Numbered from the stretch's first letter, positions 1 through 10,172 are shown. The stretch: DNA of 49,605 nt from Candidatus Hydrogenedentota bacterium (GCA_046583315.1 JAYGCN010000196.1:1-49605); one strand, 5' to 3'. The notes: generated by a model not told the origin, from the letters alone. Made by a program: numbers and translations.

Positions 1-652
1 CGACCATCAGCATTTCGTAGATGGCCTGATCCGCACCGATGCGATCCATGCGTTCGCGAATCTGACGTGCCTTGAAAAGCATGCGCCACTCGCCTGCGAG
101 CTCAACGAACTCGCGAACGGTTTCGTGTCCGCCCGCCTCGACGACGCTTGCACATTTTCCATAGGTGCCTTCTACGTTGTAGGGGAATCGATCCACTTTG
201 ATGTATTCGGCCAGTTCGAGAATTTCCGATTCCAGATACGGCGTCAATTCCAGCAGCGGGAGCGCGTGGCCTTCAGAAGTTCGTGCGGCTTGGGTCGATG
301 CATAGTCCTCCAGCACAACATGCAACATCACCTCATCGTAACGCTGATCGAGATCGTGGCCGTGCTGATGCCAGCCAGCGGACTTGAGGTGAATTTCCAC
401 GTCGCCCGTGCGTGCCCGACCATCAAATTCGATTTGCGCTCCTTTGAAATCCGGCCCTTCACCGTGGTTCCACCAGCCGGGTGATATGATTTTCAGCGTC
501 CGGCCGTCCGAAGTTGTCAGCCCGGATTGCCGGAACAGTCGGTCGTACCAGATGCACTGTACCAAATGCTCATTGACCAGTTCGGGGGTACTTTCGCGCA
601 CCATACTGGCCCGGTATTTACGCCTATGTCCGTAGCGTTCAGAGAAGGGCAT
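1..652 (-). CDS. DUF2851 family protein (3' end runs off the window)
   Basis: Not in the ORF track. My translation from ATG 652 gives MPFSERYG...LVQCIWYDRLF...LTTSDGRTLKIISPGWWNHGEGPDFKGAQIEFDG...GDVEIHLKSAGWHQHGHD.DQRYDEVMLHVV. This matches the DUF2851 N-terminal pattern (PG..N...GPDF, G.VEIH...W..H.H..D..Y..V.LHVV). A GGGAG SD lies upstream. Confidence 0.85.
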   Translation of the reverse strand, partial: MPFSERYGHRRKYRASMVRESTPELVNEHLVQCIWYDRLFRQSGLTTSDGRTLKIISPGWWNHGEGPDFKGAQIEFDGRARTGDVEIHLKSAGWHQHGHDLDQRYDEVMLHVVLEDYASTQAARTSEGHALPLLELTPYLESEILELAEYIKVDRFPYNVEGTYGKCASVVEAGGHETVREFVELAGEWRMLFKARQIRERMDRIGADQAIYEMLMV

Positions 653-749
653 GCTCACTCCCAATGCGTCGACTTGAATCGAATTCTAATTGATCTGGTG
701 AGATGATACAATTCTCATGGATTCGCGTGAAATACGACAGGAGTACAGC

Positions 750-1742
750 ATGAACTATCACTATTTCGGCCGCACCGGCATTCAAGTCTCGGAAATCTGC
801 CTGGGTACCATGTCTTTTGGTAACGAGGCCGACTTATCCATATCCCACAAGCTCATGGACATCGCGTTTGGCGAGGGCATCAACTTTTTCGACACGGCGG
901 ATATCTACAACAAGGGCGATTCCGAATCCATTATCGGTTCATGGATGGGGGATAAGCGCGAGAACATCGTGCTGGCGACCAAGACCCACTATCCAAGCGG
1001 GGGCGATCGCAACGACAAGGGCAGTTCGCGCAGACACATCATGCAAGGTGTGGAAGGCAGTCTCAGACGCTTACAAACCGATTACGTGGATGTTCTCTAC
1101 CTGCACCACTGGGATGCGAATACGGATCTTGAACAGACGCTATCTGCGCTCAACGATCTCGTCACGCAAGGCAAGGTGCTCTACGTCGCCGTCTCAAATT
1201 TCGCCGCGTGGCAATGCGCCAAGGCCATACAGGTTTCCGGGCATCGCGGTTGGGCTCCCATAACCGCGATACAGCCCATGTACAACCTTGTGAAACGCGT
1301 CGCCGAAATCGAGATTCTTCCCATGGCTCAGGAAGAGGGCATCGCCGTGTGTCCCTACAGCCCCATGGGCGCGGGACTGCTCACTGGAAAATACCATCGC
1401 AAAGAAGTGGGACGCATCACGCAGAACACCATGTATGCGGCCCGTTATAAAAACCCCGAATACATGGAAACCGCCGGGCGTTTCGTGGCGTATGCCGAGG
1501 AACACGGCCATCAACCCGCCTCGCTCGCGGTAAAATGGGCCGCCAGCCATCCTGCCGTCACGTCGGCCATCGTCGGCTGCTGGAATCCCGCGCAACTCGA
1601 AATCGCGGTGCAGAGTCAGGAAATCGAGCTGGATGCCGAAGCGCGTCAGGCCATTACCGACCTGTCCGTTGCGCCGCCCAACGCCACCGATCGCGAAGAT
1701 GCATCACACCTGAAAATCACCAATATGGCGGACCGAAAGTAA
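750..1742 (+). CDS. Aldo/keto reductase
   Basis: Motifs GRTGIQVSEICLGTM, FFDTADIY (catalytic D/Y), LATK, SLRRLQTDYVDVLYLH, QPMYNL and YSPMGAGLLTGKY. An AGGAG SD favours ATG 750 over 717. Confidence 0.95.
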   Translation: MNYHYFGRTGIQVSEICLGTMSFGNEADLSISHKLMDIAFGEGINFFDTADIYNKGDSESIIGSWMGDKRENIVLATKTHYPSGGDRNDKGSSRRHIMQGVEGSLRRLQTDYVDVLYLHHWDANTDLEQTLSALNDLVTQGKVLYVAVSNFAAWQCAKAIQVSGHRGWAPITAIQPMYNLVKRVAEIEILPMAQEEGIAVCPYSPMGAGLLTGKYHRKEVGRITQNTMYAARYKNPEYMETAGRFVAYAEEHGHQPASLAVKWAASHPAVTSAIVGCWNPAQLEIAVQSQEIELDAEARQAITDLSVAPPNATDREDASHLKITNMADRK

Positions 1743-1855
1743 TGTGGGGGCATCCGAATCGCTCCGGTTGCGCCACACCACGCTTCCGGGTATTATGCTT
1801 CTTAATCGATTCGCTACCAACTAGCCAGGCAACAATCTGAAAAACGGGAGAACGT

Positions 1856-2815
1856 GTGAGTAATTTTCGACCACTCATCAAGGAAATCGTAGCGAATACC
1901 GAAAAAGTTATTCTGGGTAAGACGCAAACCATCCAGATGGCATTGGCGGCCATTCTGGGCGGCGGACATGTGTTGTTGGAAGACGTGCCGGGGGTGGCGA
2001 AGACCATTCTGGTACGTACCCTGGCCCAGACGAGCGGCTGTTCGTTTTCGCGTATACAGTGTACTCCCGATTTGCTGCCGACCGATGTCACCGGTGTCTC
2101 AATTTTCAATCAGAACACACGCGAATTCGAATTTCGCCCGGGACCCATTTTTTCCCAGATCGTGATCGCGGATGAAATAAACCGTGCCACGCCGCGTACC
2201 CAATCCGCATTTTTGGAAGCGATGGGGGAGGGCCAAATCTCCGTGGACGGAGTAACGCGGAAACTCAAGCAACCCTTTATCGTGTTTGCGACGCAAAATC
2301 CAGTTGAACACGAAGGTACCTTCCCACTGCCCGAGGCCCAGCTCGACCGTTTTATGATGAAACTTTCGGTGGGCTATCCCAATATGCAGGACGAAGCGCG
2401 TATCCTTGAGTTAACGCGTCTGAAACACCCGATAGAGTCCATTACGGCGATCACCGATGCCGACGCGCTTATTTCGATGCAGGGGTCCGTGCGCGAGGTG
2501 TTTATGCACGACAAATTGCGCGAGTATCTCCTGCGCATTGTCGCCCGGACACGCGATTCTGTGCATCTGGCTCTGGGGGCCAGTCCACGTGCCTCAATGG
2601 CACTATTTCGCGCGTGTCAATCCTATGCAGCGGTGCAGGGGCGTGGCTATGTGATTCCAGACGACATCAAACTGCTTATACCTCCGGTCATTGAGCATCG
2701 ACTCATCCTGAACCCGGAAAGTCGATTGCGCCGCATGAGCACCGACCGCGTATTAACGGAAATACTGCGCGAAGTGCCTGTACCAGCGGGAACGGGCACC
2801 TGGAAGCCACGCTAA
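1856..2815 (+). CDS. MoxR-family AAA+ ATPase
   Basis: HVLLEDVPGVAKT (Walker A), RIQCTPDLLPTD, ADEINRATPRTQSA (Walker B), ATQNP.E.EGTFPLPEAQLDRF and GASPR. Confidence 0.95.
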   Translation: MSNFRPLIKEIVANTEKVILGKTQTIQMALAAILGGGHVLLEDVPGVAKTILVRTLAQTSGCSFSRIQCTPDLLPTDVTGVSIFNQNTREFEFRPGPIFSQIVIADEINRATPRTQSAFLEAMGEGQISVDGVTRKLKQPFIVFATQNPVEHEGTFPLPEAQLDRFMMKLSVGYPNMQDEARILELTRLKHPIESITAITDADALISMQGSVREVFMHDKLREYLLRIVARTRDSVHLALGASPRASMALFRACQSYAAVQGRGYVIPDDIKLLIPPVIEHRLILNPESRLRRMSTDRVLTEILREVPVPAGTGTWKPR

Positions 2816-2876
2816 ACAGGAAACTTCGGCTACCAATGGGGTATACTGGGGGGAAACAACGGGGACGCATACATCG

Positions 2877-3827
2877 ATGTTCGGGATTGGCAAAAAAAGC
2901 AAGAAAAAATACGATAAAGCCATCGAGGAGATCGCCGAGGAGGAGCTCGATCCGAATGACGATAACCAGCTTGAACTGACCCACGTAGACCGCTACGAGA
3001 TCATTAAACCCATCGGTGCCGGCGGTATGGGTAAGGTATATAAGGCCATCGATCGAGAGCGCGACATGACGGTCGCCATCAAGGTTCTTGACCGTCGTTA
3101 TGACCTGGATAAAAAACGTCGCAAGCGCGATCACCTTGGCCGTGAAATTCTCATCGCCGCAAAACTGAATCACGACGCGATCGTTCGTTACAAACACGAA
3201 ATCATCGAACAGTTGGATCGATTCGACAACCTTCGGCGTTGCCTCTTGATGGAATACGTGGATGGCTTCGATTTACGCCAGCACATCAAAAATCGCGACC
3301 TTTCTCTCAAGCAGATGCTGGAGGTGATGTACAAACTCAGCACGGGCCTGGATTATCTGCACACGAACGGCATCGTGCATCGTGACATCAAGCCGGGTAA
3401 CTTTATGTTGACCCGCGATCTCAAGCACGTGAAAATTTTTGATTTCGGCCTCTCCAAATCATCGGCCAACTGGCGTACGCGTTTCATGAGGGAAAGCGGC
3501 GGAACCCGCGCCTACATGCCACCCGAGCAACTCAGCAACAAGAAGGCACGACTCGACAACCGCTCTGACATCTTCTCGTTCGGCATCACCATGTACGAAC
3601 TCTTCGCCGGAAAACATCCCTGCTCCGGGGGGAATGCCAAATCCATCCAAAAACAGCTCATGAGTCGCCGCTACAAATTCGAACGTCCTTCCAAATATAA
3701 TTCAGATATGCCGCCGGAACTCGACCGCGTCATATTGAAATGCCTGCGCAGAGATCCGAAAAAACGTTATCAATCCATGACAGAGGTACTACTGGATTTG
3801 TCGCGAATATCCACTTCACGCATTTAG
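2877..3827 (+). CDS. Soluble Hanks-type Ser/Thr protein kinase
   Basis: IGAGGMGKVY, VAIK, HRDIKPGN, DFG, GT.AYMPPE and SDIFSFG motifs. No TM segment or extracellular domain. Confidence 0.95.
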   Translation: MFGIGKKSKKKYDKAIEEIAEEELDPNDDNQLELTHVDRYEIIKPIGAGGMGKVYKAIDRERDMTVAIKVLDRRYDLDKKRRKRDHLGREILIAAKLNHDAIVRYKHEIIEQLDRFDNLRRCLLMEYVDGFDLRQHIKNRDLSLKQMLEVMYKLSTGLDYLHTNGIVHRDIKPGNFMLTRDLKHVKIFDFGLSKSSANWRTRFMRESGGTRAYMPPEQLSNKKARLDNRSDIFSFGITMYELFAGKHPCSGGNAKSIQKQLMSRRYKFERPSKYNSDMPPELDRVILKCLRRDPKKRYQSMTEVLLDLSRISTSRI

Positions 3828-3927
3828 GATAGGCATTTCGCATCGAAACAGTGAAACCTTCGCGGCGCCAGAGGGATTAAGGTATAATCGCATCAGAATC
3901 GCGTAGACGAAAGACGGGGGTCCGACT

Positions 3928-5163
3928 ATGAGCACAGCCAAAGATCATACCATTTATCGCCACAAGAAGAATGACAGCGGTATTTTCAAGATCATTGCGA
4001 TTATTGTGACCTTGCTGATTATTGCAGGGGGCGCCATTCAGTTTTCGATCTGGTTGCAGGGCCAATTGACCCGGCGCGTGGAAGCCTCGGCGCTAGAGAA
4101 ATTTGATCAAGCGTCCGCACTACTTGCCGAGGGCGATCACGAAGGCGCGCTGAATGCCCTGAGCGACGTGCTGGAGCGTGTCGAAAATCCTGACATCTCG
4201 CCAACAGCACTCCTCCTCGAAGCGGACATCCATTTCGCGGCCAACCGCGCCGACAGGGGTGTCGCAAGCCTCAACGCGATTCTGGAGTCCTATCCCCAGA
4301 GTGCCGAGTCGCACGATGCCGCGTTACGCGTGGCACGCATCCATGAAGAGTCTGGAAATATCGACGAGGCACTCAAACTATATCGACAGATCAAGGAAAC
4401 GGCTCCAGCGTCCATTCGCGCACCAGCCACAACGGCACTGGGTCGCGAACAGGAGCGGGCCGGTGATTTGGTGGCGGCGCGGACTCTCTACAACGAAGCA
4501 TCGCAAGAAGCAGGGTGGGGCTCAGAGGCGTGGATGGAATCGGTCGACCGACTGGGCGCGCTCAATACGCAGATTTTTTTCTCCAATCGCCATACCGAAG
4601 ACAGCAAAGTGTATACCGTGGCACAGGGCGACAGCCTAACCTCGATCGGGAGTAAACTCAACGTGACGCAGGGGCAATTAATGCGTGCCAACGGCATCAC
4701 CAACCCCGATGCACTGCGCCCGAATCAGGCGCTGAAATTCACGCCCAAAGATTTCCGAATCGTAATAGAGCGTTCAACAACCCGAATTTACCTACTTGAC
4801 CAAAAAGGCGTATTCAAGGTCTACATCGCCGGACTGGGCAAGCCGGGAAACGATACGACGCTGGGCAAATACAAAATCGGCAACAAGGAAAAAAATCCCA
4901 CCTGGCACAAACCCGGCTCAAAACCGATTCCGGGGGGTGCTCCGGGTAACGAACTGGGATCGCGGTGGCTTCCGCTGGTACCCGAAGAAGAGGGACTGCC
5001 CATCGATCTGGGTATCCACGGCACCATCAAACCCGACAGCATCGGGACCTACGCCTCAATGGGATGCCCGCGCATGCACAATGCCGAAGTCGAGGAACTC
5101 TACGATCTGGTAGTGCGTTCAACACCGGTCGAAATCGTCGAAGTGTACACGCCCCAATCCTAG
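3928..5163 (+). CDS. Membrane-anchored TPR-LysM-L,D-transpeptidase (YkuD) protein
   Basis: N-terminal TM helix, TPR-like helices, LysM (YTVAQGDSLTSIG...LMRANGI) and YkuD catalytic GIHGT...ASMGCPRM. TATAAT at 3883-3888 lies upstream. Confidence 0.9.
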   Translation: MSTAKDHTIYRHKKNDSGIFKIIAIIVTLLIIAGGAIQFSIWLQGQLTRRVEASALEKFDQASALLAEGDHEGALNALSDVLERVENPDISPTALLLEADIHFAANRADRGVASLNAILESYPQSAESHDAALRVARIHEESGNIDEALKLYRQIKETAPASIRAPATTALGREQERAGDLVAARTLYNEASQEAGWGSEAWMESVDRLGALNTQIFFSNRHTEDSKVYTVAQGDSLTSIGSKLNVTQGQLMRANGITNPDALRPNQALKFTPKDFRIVIERSTTRIYLLDQKGVFKVYIAGLGKPGNDTTLGKYKIGNKEKNPTWHKPGSKPIPGGAPGNELGSRWLPLVPEEEGLPIDLGIHGTIKPDSIGTYASMGCPRMHNAEVEELYDLVVRSTPVEIVEVYTPQS

Positions 5164-5276
5164 CCGCCACCTCACTCGTATTGAATCACTTTTTAGAATC
5201 ATGTATGGTAAACGACATCTCAATCAACCGAAAATAGCAATAAAGTCAGTACCGAATCATAAAAAAGGCATTCTCC

Positions 5277-6893
5277 TTGACCAACGTGTCCCAGACCCTG
5301 CAAGCCACCATATCTTCAATCTTCAGAGACGCTGGTGCACACGATTTCCTATTCCAGATTCAACAGGCGGATGTGTTCGATTTCATCTGCAAAGAGGTCG
5401 TTGACCGCAATGCCGCGTCCGATTCCCAATCCCTGACGCTGATTATGGATCCGCGAACCGCCGTTCAGACCAACACCCTCATCCGGCTCGGACATGTCGC
5501 TCATATTTACGTGTGCGGTAAATCGGACTCAACGGTTGGCACCCTCCCAAGTCACACCGAGCTGATCGACGACGCGCCGGTCGGCTTGCATGATCGCCTG
5601 CTCATTGTGTTAACCCCTTCCGCCTCCTACCTGACCATGTACTCCGTGGACCAGCAGGATTTCATGAACACGGCGGTCAATCGAGGATGTTGGTCATTTC
5701 ACCGCGAATTGATTCGACGCATTGCCGAGACGCTCACAGCAGGTGCAACACTGCAGTGCCCCGATCCCGTGAGCGATGCCGCTTCCTATCCGGTCTCCAC
5801 TACGTCCATCTCGATTCTTTCGAAGCTCGCAAGTCATATCGAAAATCAGCAGCACGATGCCGTAACCCTCAAAAACGATTTTGCCCTGGTTCTCAACATT
5901 CTAAAACACCTCTCCGTAAAACGTTCGACCCACGAGATTCTCTATGTGTTTACCGAACAGATCGCTTCCACCATTTATGCCGACCGATGTTCCGTCGTGC
6001 GCATCTGGGAGAACGATGACGAGGCCCACGTGTTGGCTTCCCATGAGGATGCTTCCGTGGACGACATGGTCATTAGCCTGTCCAAATATCCCGAAATCAG
6101 TGCCGTACTCGAAACCTCGACGAAGGTCGTCATCAACGACGTGAAAACCGACCCCCGGACAGCGGCTGTATCCGAGCAACTCGAAAAGATGGGAATCACA
6201 TCCATACTGGTGGTTCCTATCGTCCTGTTCAACGAAAATGTCGGCTCGTTTTTGCTGCGCACGTACCGAATGGGAGGCACCTTCAGCCAACGCGAAGTCG
6301 ATTTCTGCTCAATCGTATGTGAAGCTGCGGCCAATGCAATCGAACGCGCCGATCTATTCGAGGCCGTTCAAAAATCGAACCGAAGTCTTGAACGTCTCGC
6401 GACGACAGATGCGCTGACAAAACTCCACAATCGTCGCTTTTTCATCTCGCGACTCGAAGACGAGATCGCCCGTTCCGTTCGCTACGCTGTGCCGATGTGC
6501 TGTTTGCTCGTCGATGTCGACGACTTCAAATCAATCAATGATACCTATGGCCACCTGGTTGGCGACCAGGTTCTCAAAGACGTTGCCGCACGCATGCTCA
6601 AGACCATTCGTACCAACGATGTCGTCGCGCGCTACGGCGGTGAAGAGTTCATTATTCTCTTGCCACAGACCGAGCTCAACGGAGCCGTCATCCAGTCCGA
6701 ACGACTGCTCAAAATCGTTTCCGCTGCCCCTTATTCAGGTTTGCCCGAAGACGTGGGAATCACCGTGAGCGTGGGGATTGCGATTCACGATACAACCGAC
6801 CCCATTACCACCGATGATCTCGTTAAACAGGCGGATGTCGCCTTGTATCGAGCCAAAGATGCCGGTAAAAACAGATTGGTCATATATGAATAG
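5277..6893 (+). CDS. Diguanylate cyclase (DICT-like + GAF + GGDEF)
   Basis: TDALTKLHNRR, DVDDFKSINDTYGH, I-site RTND then YGGEEF, and a central GAF. The N-terminus has a DICT-like 'LLIVLTP...GCWSFHRELIRRIA'. The TTG start is uncertain. Confidence 0.92.
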   Translation: MTNVSQTLQATISSIFRDAGAHDFLFQIQQADVFDFICKEVVDRNAASDSQSLTLIMDPRTAVQTNTLIRLGHVAHIYVCGKSDSTVGTLPSHTELIDDAPVGLHDRLLIVLTPSASYLTMYSVDQQDFMNTAVNRGCWSFHRELIRRIAETLTAGATLQCPDPVSDAASYPVSTTSISILSKLASHIENQQHDAVTLKNDFALVLNILKHLSVKRSTHEILYVFTEQIASTIYADRCSVVRIWENDDEAHVLASHEDASVDDMVISLSKYPEISAVLETSTKVVINDVKTDPRTAAVSEQLEKMGITSILVVPIVLFNENVGSFLLRTYRMGGTFSQREVDFCSIVCEAAANAIERADLFEAVQKSNRSLERLATTDALTKLHNRRFFISRLEDEIARSVRYAVPMCCLLVDVDDFKSINDTYGHLVGDQVLKDVAARMLKTIRTNDVVARYGGEEFIILLPQTELNGAVIQSERLLKIVSAAPYSGLPEDVGITVSVGIAIHDTTDPITTDDLVKQADVALYRAKDAGKNRLVIYE

Positions 6894-7464
6894 CCGCTCC
6901 CTGCATACGCAAGCATGTCGTGTCACCTGGTTAATTCTCGTCGCCATACTTTCAGCGTGCTCGACCCTGACAAACCCCTTGGTCCGCATGGCACCGGACT
7001 ATACCGAGGTCACCGTAGATGAATTGCGCCCAATCGCGGAACAGCTCGAAGGTGGTGTCGCTGCCGAAATCCGCGAACCCACGCTCACCAACACGGTCGA
7101 AACGGTTATTGACACACCGGAGATCGCGCAGGCCCTCAAGAGCCGCGCGGCGCGCTATCAACTCGTCCAGGAATTACTGGATTCAGGATTTACCATGGAG
7201 CAGCTGGACGGCAAAATATCCATACTGCGTTCCGGCGAATACAAGAATGCGTACACTTCTGCACAAAAAGATCGCCATGCCCTGATTGTTATCTCTGAGA
7301 ATCGGGACCGTGTCCTCATCTACGAGTCTATTCAAGACGCGAACAGTTTCTCCGCAGCAGGTCGCTCGGCCATCGAAGAAGTCTTCTCATCGGTCCGGAT
7401 CGAAAATCTGAAAAGCGGTCAGAAATATCAAGGTCCAGACGGCGAAGCGCTCGTGAAAGACTAA
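6886..7464 (+). CDS. Lipoprotein with DUF1318/YdbL-like domain
   Basis: ATG 6886 overlaps the cyclase stop. Lipobox LSAC. The C-terminal pattern (G...EQLDGKI...ENRDR..IY..I...VF.......SGQKYQGPDG) resembles DUF1318. Confidence 0.7.
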   Translation: MNSRSLHTQACRVTWLILVAILSACSTLTNPLVRMAPDYTEVTVDELRPIAEQLEGGVAAEIREPTLTNTVETVIDTPEIAQALKSRAARYQLVQELLDSGFTMEQLDGKISILRSGEYKNAYTSAQKDRHALIVISENRDRVLIYESIQDANSFSAAGRSAIEEVFSSVRIENLKSGQKYQGPDGEALVKD

Positions 7465-7946
7465 TCGCCGAGAAGATCGCGCGCCGCATCCAGCACCTCA
7501 GCCGCGTGCCCCTTGGGTTTCACCTTCTCCCAAACACGCGCCACTTTCCCCTTCGCATCAATCAACAGCGTCGCGCGCTGCACGCCCCAATACACGCGAC
7601 CATACAGCTTCTTCTCCACCCATAACCCATACTTTTCAATCATTTTATGGTCGGGATCGGAGATCAACGTGAAATTCAGTTTCTGTTTCGCAACGAATTT
7701 CTCGTGCGTTGTCGCGGAATCCGGGCTAAGGCCAAGTACCCGTACACCAAGTTTCGCGAACTTCTTGTGCGCATCCCGAAACTCCTGCGCTTCAGTCGTA
7801 CAACCCGGCGTGTTGTCTTTGGGATAGAAATATAAGACTACAGGCGAGCCCAGAAGACTCGAAAGGCGTAACTTCGTTCCCTGGTCGGTCTCCAGATTAA
7901 ATGCCCGGGCCTTCTTACCCACAACCGGTATGGCGTTCTCACTCAT
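7461..7946 (-). CDS. bcp: Peroxiredoxin BCP/PrxQ (single Cys)
   Basis: VLYFYPKDNTPGCTTEA peroxidatic motif and RATLLID. The protein has only one Cys. Confidence 0.95.
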   Translation of the reverse strand: MSENAIPVVGKKARAFNLETDQGTKLRLSSLLGSPVVLYFYPKDNTPGCTTEAQEFRDAHKKFAKLGVRVLGLSPDSATTHEKFVAKQKLNFTLISDPDHKMIEKYGLWVEKKLYGRVYWGVQRATLLIDAKGKVARVWEKVKPKGHAAEVLDAARDLLGD

Positions 7947-7961
7947 TTGGAAATCCTTTGC

Positions 7962-8519
7962 TTACAGCAGACGCTCGTGCAAAATCGCGCGCAACTCCCC
8001 AAGCGACGGCAAGGTCTCGTCATCATCGAAGAAACCATCAAGCCACTGCAGGCGCGACAAAATCACATCGGCACGCCACAACGGCTCCGGCTCGACCAAT
8101 TCGCTGCGTAACGCATCAATATCGTTCAACAACCAATCGCGACGTTTTCCCTCCAAAGGTGTAGCCTCGGCCTCATCCATGACCTGCAACACGATTTTGA
8201 TCATGTCGGCCACGGTGGCGTTCTCGGCGGTTAACTCGCGCGGGAAGTGCTTGTCCAATTCGAAGGGATCCTCGACAAGATCAATACCTTCCGGCGCAAT
8301 CCGGGTCGCAGCGAAAAGAGGCGGATTGTAGCCCATCATCAATTCAATGAGATTTCGATCGTGCAGATAATGTGCGCATGGAATAAGTTCTTTAATAGTG
8401 ACTTTGCCCGTATCCGTGATATCGGTTGGCGTAAGCATTTGCATGGGGTCCTCCATGAAGCTCTTATAGAGCAACTCCATCATGATTCGCCGCACGAGTC
8501 TTGGATTATTGGTCGTCAT
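7962..8519 (-). CDS. Hypothetical protein, probable N-terminal winged helix
   Basis: Pattern R..I.ELLY...YL.DRNLI...RIAPEGIDLVE followed by a helical C-terminus. ATG 8519 sits 6 nt after a TGn-TATACT -10 element. Confidence 0.7.
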   Translation of the reverse strand: MTTNNPRLVRRIMMELLYKSFMEDPMQMLTPTDITDTGKVTIKELIPCAHYLHDRNLIELMMGYNPPLFAATRIAPEGIDLVEDPFELDKHFPRELTAENATVADMIKIVLQVMDEAEATPLEGKRRDWLLNDIDALRSELVEPEPLWRADVILSRLQWLDGFFDDDETLPSLGELRAILHERLL

Positions 8520-8590
8520 GCGAGCAGTATACCACCGTGATCGAGTCAGGTAAACCATGACACGGCTTGGTCTTGCGTGAACTGGGGTTT

Positions 8591-8620
8591 TTGACTCCTT
8601 TTGCGTAGCTCTGTTAATAT
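8591..8620 (+). promoter_or_regulatory. Candidate sigma70 promoter of leuA
   Basis: TTGACT-N18-TAATAT with an extended TG. Confidence 0.55.
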
Positions 8621-8654
8621 TCGCCGCGTTACAACACCTACGCAGAGGAACATG

Positions 8655-10172
8655 ATGTCCACACGAGTAGAAATTTTCGACACCACCTTACGGGACGGCG
8701 AACAGTCCCCCGGCGCAAGCATGGATGAGAACCAGAAGATTGAAATGGCCCTCCAGCTCGAGCGACTTGGTGTAGACATCATTGAAGCGGGATTCCCCAT
8801 CGCATCCGAGCAGGAATTCGAAGGGGTCAAACGTGTCGCGGAGACCGTGAAAGGGCCACGCATCGCAGCCTTGGCCCGTTCCGTAAAGCCCGATATCGCC
8901 CGCGCTGCCGAAGCGGTGAAAAATGCGGAACGCCCTGTCGTACATACATTTATCGCGACTTCGCCCATCCACATGGAGCACAAGCTCAAAATGACGCCCG
9001 ATCAGGTGTTGGACGACGCCGAAGGTTCGGTGAAATATGCCAAGAGTCTGATCGAACGCGTCGAATTCTCTGCGGAAGACGCCACACGCTCGGATTTAGA
9101 TTTCCTGGTCAAGGTCGCCCAACGAGCGATTGATGCAGGCGCGGATGTCATCAATCTGCCAGACACGGTGGGATATACGACGCCTGCAGAAATTCAGGTC
9201 ATGTTCGAACACGTCATCGGCAACGTGAAGAACGCTTCCAACGTCATCTTTTCCTGCCACAACCACAATGACCTTGGAATGGCGGTCGCAAATGCATTGG
9301 CGGCCATCAAGGGCGGCGCTCGTCAAGTGGAATGCGTGGTCAACGGTATCGGCGAACGTGCCGGAAATACATCACTTGAAGAAGTGGTGATGGCATTGCA
9401 CACGCGAAACGACGTGTTTCCATACGAAACCGGAATTGATAATTTCGAGATCGCCAATACGAGTATGCTGCTCAGCAAAATCACCGGCTTGGTCGTGCCA
9501 TACAACAAACCCATCGTGGGCCGTAACGCCTTCGCTCACGAGGCCGGCATTCATCAACACGGCATGCTCGCCAATCAGACCACCTACGAAATCATGACTC
9601 CCGAGTCCGTCGGTCGTGCCAAAAGCGAACTGGTATTGGGTAAACATTCCGGGCGCGCAGGACTTGCAAAACGCTGCGAGGAGCTGGGCTTCAAATTGGA
9701 GCACGACGAGGTGGTCAGTCTGTACGAAAAGTTTATTGAGTTAGCCGACCGCAAGAAAGAAATTTTTGACGACGATCTGCGCATCCTGTTGATGTCCATG
9801 CGCGACGAGTCCTTTGAAGTGTATACCCTGGAAGATCTCAACACCTCAGGCAAGAATCCAGCGATGGCATTGGTGAAATTACGCAAGGGCGACTCCGAAG
9901 AAACTGAAAGCGATACAGCCGTGGGGGATGGTCCCGTCGATGCAGCTTGTCGGGCCATCGAACGCGTGGTCGGCGTCACGGGAAAACTCGAAGAATTCAC
10001 GTTGCGCGCGGCCACCCCCGGTAAAGATGCCCACGGTGAGGCCCATGTCATCGTGACCTTTGAAAATCGACCCTATACCGGCACCGGAGCAAGCACAGAC
10101 ATCATTGAGGCGACTGCATTGGCCTATCTCAACGCCTTGAACAAGTTTCTGGCCATATCCAGCAGCAACTAA
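8655..10172 (+). CDS. leuA: 2-isopropylmalate synthase
   Basis: [50 protein letters not shown] and the C-terminal regulatory domain [15 protein letters not shown] precedes ATG 8652/8655. Confidence 0.97.
   Translation: MSTRVEIFDTTLRDGEQSPGASMDENQKIEMALQLERLGVDIIEAGFPIASEQEFEGVKRVAETVKGPRIAALARSVKPDIARAAEAVKNAERPVVHTFIATSPIHMEHKLKMTPDQVLDDAEGSVKYAKSLIERVEFSAEDATRSDLDFLVKVAQRAIDAGADVINLPDTVGYTTPAEIQVMFEHVIGNVKNASNVIFSCHNHNDLGMAVANALAAIKGGARQVECVVNGIGERAGNTSLEEVVMALHTRNDVFPYETGIDNFEIANTSMLLSKITGLVVPYNKPIVGRNAFAHEAGIHQHGMLANQTTYEIMTPESVGRAKSELVLGKHSGRAGLAKRCEELGFKLEHDEVVSLYEKFIELADRKKEIFDDDLRILLMSMRDESFEVYTLEDLNTSGKNPAMALVKLRKGDSEETESDTAVGDGPVDAACRAIERVVGVTGKLEEFTLRAATPGKDAHGEAHVIVTFENRPYTGTGASTDIIEATALAYLNALNKFLAISSSN

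Noticed and set aside
125..635. Plus-strand ORFs 125-484 and 408-635
   Set aside because: They are antisense shadows of the minus-strand DUF2851 gene.
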